In this document: positions 57,063 through 64,000 of the stretch, in pieces
How positions within the stretch are numbered: the stretch's first letter is position 1
Layout of the letters: each line of letters begins with the position of its first letter
Source of the DNA: Theionarchaea archaeon
Lineage (GTDB): Archaea > Methanobacteriota_B > Thermococci > Methanofastidiosales > SZ-28-30
Reading direction: 5' to 3'
Assembly (NCBI GenBank): GCA_018992685.1
Contig: JACVGT010000007.1
Coordinates: 1-64,000 of the forward strand
DNA length: 64,000 nt
Translations under genes and position numbers: made by a program
Notes under the pieces: model-generated
What the model was told of the DNA's origin: nothing
The model's input: the letters and a program-made list of their open reading frames with translations, nothing else
Database searches by the model: none

Positions 57063-57096
57063 CTCAGGAAAAAAGAAAGGCAGGTTGAACTGCCTT
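57063..57096 (-). terminator. hairpin (7-bp stem aaggcag/ctgcctt, 6-nt loop) followed by U6 tract, placed between the small Cys-rich ORF and the first rSAM gene
   Basis: Minus-strand reading: aaggcag ttcaac ctgcctt tcttttttcc directly after the TAA of the 35-codon ORF. Candidate partial terminator/attenuator. Confidence 0.45.
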
Positions 57097-57107
57097 TTGT
57101 TATAGAC

Positions 57108-57215
57108 TTACACATAGGGGTGGCAAATTCTGCAGCACCAGGAACCAGTTCCTTCCGTGATGCACAGAGGCTCCATGATTTGCTCTTCTGCTTCGATGAG
57201 GATAGTCATGTTCAT
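57108..57215 (-). CDS. 35-aa Cys-rich peptide, candidate precursor/substrate of the adjacent radical SAM enzymes (MNMTILIEAEEQIMEPLCITEGTGSWCCRICHPYV)
   Basis: Not in the supplied ORF track (shorter than 60 aa). ATG at 57215, TAA at 57108-57110. Acidic N-terminal half, C-terminal half with 4 Cys + Trp + His + Tyr. SD-like GGAAGTGG 6-13 nt upstream. Two TATA boxes upstream. Hairpin plus U-tract downstream. Same strand as, and 46 bp upstream of, the rSAM trio. Confidence 0.55.
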   Translation of the reverse strand: MNMTILIEAEEQIMEPLCITEGTGSWCCRICHPYV

Positions 57216-57224
57216 AGATTCCAC

Positions 57225-57268
57225 TTCCTATTGCTATATAAAGTTTCTCTTTATCTTTATATACTTTT
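57225..57268 (-). promoter_or_regulatory. archaeal TATA/BRE-like promoter elements for the small Cys-rich ORF
   Basis: Minus-strand gtatataaag (57255-57264) and ctttatatagc (57233-57243), about 45 and 23 bp upstream of ATG 57215. Confidence 0.4.
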
Positions 57269-57430
57269 CTATTCATATGAATTCTACTAATTTCGTCACT
57301 CTTATAGTAATCAAATAAGAGCAAATGCAGAAGCCAGTAGTCTTTAAAGACAATATCTCTTGATATTTTGGACTACTTTCGTCCATGTGAGGTTAAATGC
57401 AGAGATTCTCAACCGAAATGCCCCCTTTTC

Positions 57431-57449
57431 TCACTTTTGTAAAAAGTGA
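57431..57449. promoter_or_regulatory. perfect 8-bp-arm palindrome tcacttttGTAaaaagtga
   Basis: Arms 57431-57438 and 57442-57449 are exact reverse complements. Lies between the SBP terminator tract and the peptide promoter. Confidence 0.4.
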
Positions 57450-57530
57450 TAATGTTCGGTAGAAGAGCTCTCCCTCACAGATTTTGCAGAATCTGGTAAT
57501 TGCACCTGCGATCATGAGCTGGCCCGAGAA

Positions 57531-57560
57531 CAAAAAAGTAAAAAGTAAAAAGAAGAAGTA
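57531..57560 (-). terminator. oligo-T terminator tract after the SBP gene (ttcttcttttttactttttactttttt)
   Basis: Immediately 3' of the TAA at 57561-57563. Archaeal termination typically occurs at oligo-T runs. Confidence 0.4.
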
Positions 57561-58601
57561 TTAATCCCAGGTGTATTCACCGGCCTCGTCAATACCAGTG
57601 GGAACCTTGATTTCGCCAGATGCGATCTGCTCCCTGTAGTCTTCAATGATGTCTCGTATGTCATTAGGCACGTGCTCGCAAGCACCAACACCATTCTCTT
57701 TTGCGCCAAAGCTCTGTATGCCGCCTGCAAAAGTCCCGTCGATTACCTGCCGTATGGTCTCGTATACAGCTACATCCACACGCTTTATCATACTGCATAA
57801 GAAGGTCGTTACCGGTACTCCCTCAATGGTGTCGCACTGATCCGCATCTACGCCAATGACCAATCCACCACGTTCAAAAGCCGCCTGGATAGCTCCCAAG
57901 CCAGATCTTCCGGCAGCAGCGAACACGATGTCTGCCTCTCCGTCATACTGAGCAAGGGCAAGCTCCTTTCCTTTTGCAGGGTCTACCCAGTCGCCCACAT
58001 ACTTCCAGGTGACCTCAACATCTGGATTGACGTACTCGGCTCCAAACTTGTAGCCAGCCAGGAATTTTCGAATCAAGGGTATGTCCATTCCACCTACAAA
58101 TCCAATCATATCAGTTTCAGTTTTCAGACCAGCAGCTGCTCCTACCAGGAAACTACCTTCGTTTTCCCTGAATACAAGAGAAGCCACATTAGGTTTGTCT
58201 ACCACCATGTCCACGATCGCAAACTTCTGGTCGGGGTATTCATCTGCAACAACAGTGATGGCATCTGCCTGATCAAATCCTATACCTATTATCAGTGCAT
58301 ATTCCCCGGACTTGGCGTACTGCCTGTGGAATCCTTCGTACTCAGCGATGGCTGTAGGTTCAACATAGTCAAATTCAATGCCGAAATCATCTCTAGCCTT
58401 CTTGATACCTACGTAACAACTATCATTGAAGCTCTTGTCTCCTAGTCCACCAGTGGCAAAGACAACAGCAATTTTCAATTCGGGGGGTGGGGGTGTAGAA
58501 GTTGGTGTCGGAGTTGTGGTTTCTTCCTCCTGTCCGATGCATCCCAATGTAAGGGAGCACAAAACTACCAGGGTGAACAGCATCTTAATACTTTTGTTCA
58601 T
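57561..58601 (-). CDS. BMP-family (PnrA/Med/TmpC-like) ABC transporter substrate-binding lipoprotein, nucleoside-binding type
   Basis: Start MNKSIKMLFTLVVLCSLTLGCIG (signal peptide plus lipobox-like Cys) preceded by GGAGGG 5 bp upstream and TTTAAA box about 45 bp upstream. Periplasmic binding fold typical of BMP proteins. The ORF track extension to 58757 is non-coding. Confidence 0.8.
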   Translation of the reverse strand: MNKSIKMLFTLVVLCSLTLGCIGQEEETTTPTPTSTPPPPELKIAVVFATGGLGDKSFNDSCYVGIKKARDDFGIEFDYVEPTAIAEYEGFHRQYAKSGEYALIIGIGFDQADAITVVADEYPDQKFAIVDMVVDKPNVASLVFRENEGSFLVGAAAGLKTETDMIGFVGGMDIPLIRKFLAGYKFGAEYVNPDVEVTWKYVGDWVDPAKGKELALAQYDGEADIVFAAAGRSGLGAIQAAFERGGLVIGVDADQCDTIEGVPVTTFLCSMIKRVDVAVYETIRQVIDGTFAGGIQSFGAKENGVGACEHVPNDIRDIIEDYREQIASGEIKVPTGIDEAGEYTWD

Positions 58602-59386
58602 ATGATTCCCTCCACGCTCACAGAGCTTGAGTAGATTTAAATACGTTTCGATGAAGCACCGAGGGTTCACTTTGATGTTAGAAGGAGCGTATGCGAGTCG
58701 TTGCTTTTCCGAAATGATGGTCCATTTGCAGGCCAATGAAGTCCTCCTCAAGAGCAACTGGGATTCGCTTTTTCTTTCTTACCCTCTTCCAGCTTTTCCT
58801 TCTTGTTTACAGGGTTCCGGTACAGTCCTTGTGTGAGAATCCCCTTTCTCATTCTTGAAGAAGTTCCTTCATTCTTGAGACCCCTCGCCCAGCCTCAAGG
58901 AAGCGTTGCTCTTCAGAACCAAAAAAGCTTTAGGGTCAAGGACTGAAAGGGAGGTGAAAGATGTGAATCTGCCCGTTTCAGTAAAACCCTCAATTTCCCC
59001 GCTCTCTCGGTTCTGGGTTCAGAAGGAAGGAGTTTTCGTGACCAACGGCGCCCGTGATTTAAGGGACCCAGAAAGCTGTAGCTCCCACTGTTAAAGTTGA
59101 AATAATTAGAACTCTTTGCTGAAGTCCCATCGGCATTCAAAATGTTCTCGTTCTCACTACCTGTTCTGGTGGGTAGGACGCCCCGGCAGCCCTGTCCCAA
59201 AGCTTCTGCTCTCACGTACATTTTGATCTCCTGGTTCTTTCAACTTCCTTCCTCTGGAGACTGAGATGGAGGTTCAGTAGCGTGGATTCCTGCAGCCTGC
59301 ATCTCAGTCCATGTGTACAATCCTGTCTGAAAAACGGGATACACCTACGGAAGATTTATATAGGGTTTATATTAATTTTCTGTTGC

Positions 59387-60280
59387 ATGGAAGCGCACCA
59401 GTTGGACATTGTCTATGCATACGTTCAGTATTGCAGCGACACGAAGGAAGTGAGGTACTCAAAATTCCATAAATGGTATAAGCCTTATAACCGTAAACAA
59501 TCTACCTTCAGACTTTTGAATAGGGCAGTTGAGGAAAAGATCATATTTCCACCACGCATTTTCTGCATACAGAAAGTTAAGGTCAACCTGGTAGAACACA
59601 AGGAAGTTCCCCTCGTTGATCAATTCGAGAAGATTAGCAGCCAAGAAGACACGTTCTATGCAGTCCTCTTGCTGGGGGCTCATTCACTTCTGTATTTTTC
59701 GGCAAGTGATACCGGGACCAACTTGACATATTCGAAATGCATCTTTCCGAGCTATCCCCCAAAGAAGGAGATACAGCATATTGATCCGTGCCTTCATGAA
59801 CCCAGAAAGCTACCTTGTATGGCCCCACCTGACTGGTCTTCTTTTGACTGGGAAGTGTTTCAGAAAAGGAGGGATCCCACTGAATCAAGTATCAAGATTG
59901 GAGGGGTGCTTGGAGTTTCCCACAGAAGAGTCCTGAATAGCTATAAAAGAATTCTAGGAGACTGTTCCGTGTGGATTCCTTTCTTTCCAAAGGGCTACGG
60001 GAATTACACACCCTACTTTGTTTCTTTTGAAACGGATTATGAGACTGGGGTTGTTGAGGAACTGAAAAAGATCGACAGATCCAGCTACGTTTACAGAATT
60101 GATGACACAATGCTTCTGAATCTGTTCTTTGAAAGGCGTCTTGAGATTGACAGCATGTTGCAGTTAGAAAAAAAGGGGATAATACACGATCTCCGTGTAT
60201 CCTCCCCAATGTATAGTTTTGAACGATTTCAATCTCAACAAGGCATTCCAGAACCAGGGCCATCTCCAGACAAAGTGTAA
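59387..60280 (+). CDS. hypothetical protein
   Basis: 297 aa from ATG 59387, 24 bp downstream of tttatatag. No recognisable domain. The last ~60 bp are re-used as a diverged non-coding copy at 60418-60480. Confidence 0.45.
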   Translation: MEAHQLDIVYAYVQYCSDTKEVRYSKFHKWYKPYNRKQSTFRLLNRAVEEKIIFPPRIFCIQKVKVNLVEHKEVPLVDQFEKISSQEDTFYAVLLLGAHSLLYFSASDTGTNLTYSKCIFPSYPPKKEIQHIDPCLHEPRKLPCMAPPDWSSFDWEVFQKRRDPTESSIKIGGVLGVSHRRVLNSYKRILGDCSVWIPFFPKGYGNYTPYFVSFETDYETGVVEELKKIDRSSYVYRIDDTMLLNLFFERRLEIDSMLQLEKKGIIHDLRVSSPMYSFERFQSQQGIPEPGPSPDKV

Positions 60281-60964
60281 GGAGCTTTGGTCTTGACAGG
60301 TTCAAATGGCCATCCCTTTAGTCCTTTCGTATCAATCACCTGAGAAAAATTTCATGAAATTAGAATATATGGTTTTCTGGGGGAACATGACATTCAAGAA
60401 TATCTCTAAAGTACGGATTTGATGGATTTCAATCTCTGCATCGCATTTGAGAGCCAGGGCCATTTCCCACCAAGGAGTGAAAACGTGTATTAAATGGGAC
60501 TAGGTGCTCATCTCCTCAGTTCTTTTCTGCAATCTTCTTCCTTTTCTTGGGTTAGGCCGGTAATACTTGGCAATAACCAGAGAATACCATGTACCTTCAC
60601 GAGCGAACATATCGAGCATTCCCTCTACTACCAACAACGGGTGGAACAATTGCAAAGCTGTCTTGGCCCATGCTACGGAATAAGCCTTTTCATGTGTTTT
60701 TAGTTGATTTCGGATCAAGGGAAGCTATCGTGTTCAAGTGATGTAGTTGCAGTATCTTGCTGCTTTTGTCTATGAGTTCAATATTCAGGAAGAGCACATT
60801 CCCTCTCATCAATTAGGAGTTCTTGGCTGCCAAGGAATTTGTGGTATCTGTCGTGGTGGAGAGATGTAGAAAACCTTTTATACTGTTGTGTGCCAGTACA
60901 ATATGTAGTGTAACGTAATGTAACACAACTCCTATCCCTCCCTCGTTTCAGGACTGGTGGAAAA

Positions 60965-61135
60965 ATGGTGAACAATAAGAAACGGATCACTGTCTATTTG
61001 GAAGAGGAACTATACAAAGAGCTTGTGCAGGTTATGGATAAGTTGAGAGAACAGGACAGCATACACTCAAAGTCGGAAAGCGCTTGCGCCAGACACTTGA
61101 TTTCCCTGGGAATTCAAAGATATCTCACAAGCTGA
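60965..61135 (+). CDS. ribbon-helix-helix (CopG/Arc-like) small DNA-binding protein, 56 aa
   Basis: MVNNKKRITVYLEEELYKELVQVMDKLRE...: beta-strand (RITVYL) followed by two helices, the RHH pattern. Not in the ORF track (shorter than 60 aa). Confidence 0.5.
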   Translation: MVNNKKRITVYLEEELYKELVQVMDKLREQDSIHSKSESACARHLISLGIQRYLTS

Positions 61136-61192
61136 AGAAAAGTTTATAAAGTAAACTAAGTGATGGGAATTCACCACATCGGAGGTGAAGTA

Positions 61193-61480
61193 ATGATTCT
61201 GTCAAGTGTGGAGAAGAAGAAGATGAAGGAGGCAATTGATGAACTGAAGGAAAGTATTATGAGAGAGGCAGAGGGGAGAAATGTCGAGATAAGCAAAGAC
61301 TCCTTGTTAGATATTGAAGAAATCGAAGATAGGTTTGATATTGAAGCAAGAAGACCCCGGTTTTCCTTTGACTGGCAGAAAAGCAGAAAAGGCTGGGATA
61401 TCCTAAAAGAGTTTATCCCGAAGGAGGACCTGGCAAAACGAAAGAGAGAGTTGGCGGATTATCTGGATAAGTCACAGTAG
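61193..61480 (+). CDS. hypothetical small charged protein
   Basis: 95 aa from ATG 61193 with GGAGGTGA 5 bp upstream. Follows the RHH gene by 57 bp. Confidence 0.4.
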   Translation: MILSSVEKKKMKEAIDELKESIMREAEGRNVEISKDSLLDIEEIEDRFDIEARRPRFSFDWQKSRKGWDILKEFIPKEDLAKRKRELADYLDKSQ

Positions 61481-61495
61481 TGGGGGGCAATATGA

Positions 61496-61783
61496 ATGGT
61501 TCTTTCTGAGAAAGTTGCTGAAACGCTGAAAGAAGTACTGGATTACCCTTTGCAGGTTTCTCAAAATGCATTCGTTTATGCTGAGGCTGTGACAGGTGAA
61601 TTGGTTTACGAAGGCATGGGAGAATTTCGAGATGCTATTACTCATATATCCAGAGCACTCTGGATAGCTGATGAAGAGGAGGCACTAAGAAATCTGGATG
61701 AGGCATTGAACACATCCGGAGAGCAGGTGTTGAAAGCATTGAGTGGGCAGCCGCAAGACAGTTCGAATATGTCAAGAGGATAA
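61496..61783 (+). CDS. hypothetical small acidic protein
   Basis: 95-aa ORF. GGGGGG upstream. Confidence 0.35.
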   Translation: MVLSEKVAETLKEVLDYPLQVSQNAFVYAEAVTGELVYEGMGEFRDAITHISRALWIADEEEALRNLDEALNTSGEQVLKALSGQPQDSSNMSRG

Positions 61784-61809
61784 TTCAGACACCTTCCTTC
61801 ATTTTCAGA

Positions 61810-62079
61810 TTGATATTCTTCAAGAGAAAGAGTGAGGTACTCGAGATTGAGCGCCAAATCAGGAGACTACTCTTAGAGGGAAGAGAAAAGAAATCTAGGA
61901 AAGACAAATGGGTTGAGGCAATTCTTGATTACAAGAAAGCCATTGAAAAAACTGACAAGCTCTATGAGATGTGTCCCTCGAAACTTGAATACCGGTATAG
62001 GATATTCATGGTGGTAACTGGCTTGGCAACACTGGCTGCCCTGGCCATAAATGTCTATCTCCTTTTCGGGACTGTCTAA
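61810..62079 (+). CDS. hypothetical small protein with C-terminal TM helix
   Basis: 89 aa, TTG start in the ORF track. C-terminus FMVVTGLATLAALAINVYLLFG. Confidence 0.3.
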   Translation: MIFFKRKSEVLEIERQIRRLLLEGREKKSRKDKWVEAILDYKKAIEKTDKLYEMCPSKLEYRYRIFMVVTGLATLAALAINVYLLFGTV

Positions 62080-62263
62080 GGGACATTTCTAATCAGTGAT
62101 CAGTGAGTGTAGGAAAATCAGAGACTTGGGATACGAAGAATTATCCCTGCTAGGAGGATAGGAAAATCCGAAATTCGCTTTCTGTTGAGTCAAGAATAAG
62201 AGAGGGTTTAGGCAGAATCATCTATTTCTTTGAGGTCAGTAGCGTTTTCAGCATGGTGACGCC

Positions 62264-63061
62264 TCATTTCAAGTTAACATAATCTACGGTAACAGCAATG
62301 ACCAGTATGGTAAGAACCAGAGAAGATCCCACCAGGAAAATCGCAAAGTGAATAGTCCCGGACACAAGATTTGAAACCAGATACACAGCTGTCAACGATA
62401 TCAACGTTACAAAGGCCAGAAGCAGTGATTCTCTCAAGTGGTTCAACACAATTCCAATGCTCAACCCGATGGCGGTGACAGAATCCAGCCCATCCACCAC
62501 AATGGCAGGAAGCATATACAGAAACAAGATCCCCAGCATGAACCCCAGCAGCACAACAAAGGCATAAAATAATGCAGACACAAGCCCTGGTTCTGATATC
62601 ATCTGAGTGACAGCCAGGATTCCTCCAACGATCAATATTCCGGAGATTACCCCTGCAATGAAGAAGGCCACGATGATAGAGAATATGTGACTCTCTATCT
62701 CCCGGATTCCCTTTCCAATGGACGATTCGCCAGTAGCTATTCCCACCTTGGTCATGCCGCAGATGACTGCAGCCCCACACACAACAATCAGGAAGATGAC
62801 AGCACATAGGACGAGCAGCTGGCTGAATCGTTCTCCCAATAAGTCTGGAATCGTCTCCACGAGTTCTGAAATCGACGAAAAGCTTCCAAAGGCTGATGAA
62901 AAGATGTACAAGCTGAACCCTATCACAGATAGAGCAGGAACAATAAGAGATGGCTGATTCTTCAAACTGTCAAGTGACAGGTAGAGTACATCCAGAAGTC
63001 CCAGCCGTCTCATAGACTGAAGGTATTCACTAAGAATAAATAGGTTTCCCCTGCTGTACAC
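62264..63061 (-). CDS. polytopic membrane protein, unknown function
   Basis: 265 aa with 6 or more hydrophobic helices. Confidence 0.55.
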   Translation of the reverse strand: MYSRGNLFILSEYLQSMRRLGLLDVLYLSLDSLKNQPSLIVPALSVIGFSLYIFSSAFGSFSSISELVETIPDLLGERFSQLLVLCAVIFLIVVCGAAVICGMTKVGIATGESSIGKGIREIESHIFSIIVAFFIAGVISGILIVGGILAVTQMISEPGLVSALFYAFVVLLGFMLGILFLYMLPAIVVDGLDSVTAIGLSIGIVLNHLRESLLLAFVTLISLTAVYLVSNLVSGTIHFAIFLVGSSLVLTILVIAVTVDYVNLK

Positions 63062-63235
63062 CCTCTCCTTTACCGTTTCGCATGCTCCCTCTCAGGCTGT
63101 TCTTGATAATCCTTCGTTGATCTTCATCACGTTCCTGTCAGGTGATTTCACGTCCTGCTTGGTGATAGTTTCTACCCCACTCTGGAAGACCAAACCTTTT
63201 TATGGAAAATTCCGACAGGAGTATCAGGTGATCAA

Positions 63236-64000
63236 ATGGATTTTAAGCAGATACTTGTGGAGAAAAAAGGTCCAATTGGTGTCATTACAGTGAATAGACC
63301 TGATAAACTGAATGCTCTTAACACAGAAGTTGTCTCAGAGATCAGATCGGGATTTGAAATTCTCGATACTGATTCTGAGGTGAGAGTTGTCGTAATTACT
63401 GGGAAAGGTGATAAAGCCTTTATTGCAGGGGCTGACATCTCTGAAATGCAGAACATCAGACCGTTGGAAGCTATGGCCTTTGCACAGCATGGCCAAGCTA
63501 CTCTGAGGGCCATGGAGAAAAGCGATAAAGTCGTCATTGCGGCGATAAACGGGTATGCCCTTGGTGGAGGACTTGAGCTTGCCATGGCATGTGACTTTCG
63601 TATTGCTTCTGACACGGCAAAAGTGGGGCAGCCTGAAATCAAGATCGGAGTGATCCCTGGATGGGGAGGGACTCAGAGGCTGGCCCGCCTGGTGGGCAAG
63701 ACCAAGGCTAAAGAATTGGTGCTGACAGGGAAGATGATGTCTGCAGAGGAAGCAGAACGCATTGGACTGCTTACCATGGTGGTCCCACTTGACACATTGA
63801 TGGAAACGGTCATGAAAGTAGCTCACTCTCTTGCTGAACTGGGAAAGTTCTCTCTTGGAGCGGCAAAGCACGCCATTGATGATGGGTGTGAAGTTGACTT
63901 TGAAAAGGCGCAGGAGATTGAACGGCAGTTCTTTGCTCTGTGTTTTGCACACCCTGATCAGAAGGAAGGAATGACTGCATTCTTAGAGAAGCGAACTCCT
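63236..64000 (+). CDS. enoyl-CoA hydratase/isomerase (crotonase) family protein, 3' end beyond window
   Basis: Not in the ORF track (no stop within the window). MDFKQILVEKKGPIGVITVNRPDKLNAL...AAINGYALGGGLELAMACDFRIAS. AGGTGA 5 bp upstream. Confidence 0.85.
   Translation, partial: MDFKQILVEKKGPIGVITVNRPDKLNALNTEVVSEIRSGFEILDTDSEVRVVVITGKGDKAFIAGADISEMQNIRPLEAMAFAQHGQATLRAMEKSDKVVIAAINGYALGGGLELAMACDFRIASDTAKVGQPEIKIGVIPGWGGTQRLARLVGKTKAKELVLTGKMMSAEEAERIGLLTMVVPLDTLMETVMKVAHSLAELGKFSLGAAKHAIDDGCEVDFEKAQEIERQFFALCFAHPDQKEGMTAFLEKRTP

Noticed and set aside
63232-63952. Two minus-strand ORFs at the window end
   Set aside because: Antisense to an open-ended crotonase gene starting at 63236 that has canonical enoyl-CoA hydratase motifs.
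1-64000. tRNA, rRNA, CRISPR arrays
   Set aside because: No T-loop GTTCRANYC contexts with acceptor-stem complementarity and no regularly spaced direct repeats were seen on reading both strands. A covariance-model scan would be needed to be certain for tRNAs.

Overview
This 64-kb window is an archaeal chromosomal region. Archaeal hallmarks: ABCE1 and NOG1-family GTPase, and TATA/BRE-like boxes 20-30 bp upstream of many start codons (several genes look leaderless). Operon-internal genes carry Shine-Dalgarno GGAGG/GAGGTG sites. Coding density is high and roughly 63 genes can be supported. Housekeeping genes: dCMP deaminase, ABCE1, RpiA, endonuclease IV, Fpg/Nei and an AlkD-like repair protein. 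Acyl-CoA metabolism: a 2-hydroxyacyl-CoA dehydratase-like pair with its activator ATPase, MaoC dehydratase, acyl-CoA synthetase, crotonase and a SucD-like protein. Redox paralog families: three aldo/keto-reductase proteins with ferredoxin-like Cys-rich C-termini (two adjacent, the third after an intervening gene), three Cys-rich ferredoxin-domain proteins, and a flavodoxin. Signalling: a PAS hybrid histidine kinase, an HTH-ATPase-TPR STAND protein and a DUF574-type methyltransferase. Cell surface: a CWB2-like protein followed by a 1261-aa repeat adhesin with near-identical 318-bp tandem repeats. Nucleoside use: a BMP-family nucleoside ABC uptake system next to DeoC and a PMM/PGM-family putative phosphopentomutase. 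The most interesting feature sits between the substrate-binding gene and the ATPase of that ABC operon. It is a translationally coupled trio of radical SAM genes (two anSME-like SPASM enzymes plus a B12-binding radical SAM enzyme). They are preceded by a 35-codon Cys-rich ORF that is absent from the supplied ORF track. This small ORF has its own TATA boxes and is followed by a hairpin plus U-tract. The arrangement looks like an undescribed RiPP-like, or cofactor-like, peptide maturation cassette. Other notable points: two copies of a ~110-bp module built from palindromic CTTCAA-N6-TTGAAGTTA motifs flank a frameshifted TPR gene; there is a 1.1-kb gene-free spacer; several palindromic operator-like sites occur; and a short array of small genes includes a ribbon-helix-helix protein. 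No rRNA, tRNA or CRISPR array was recognised.
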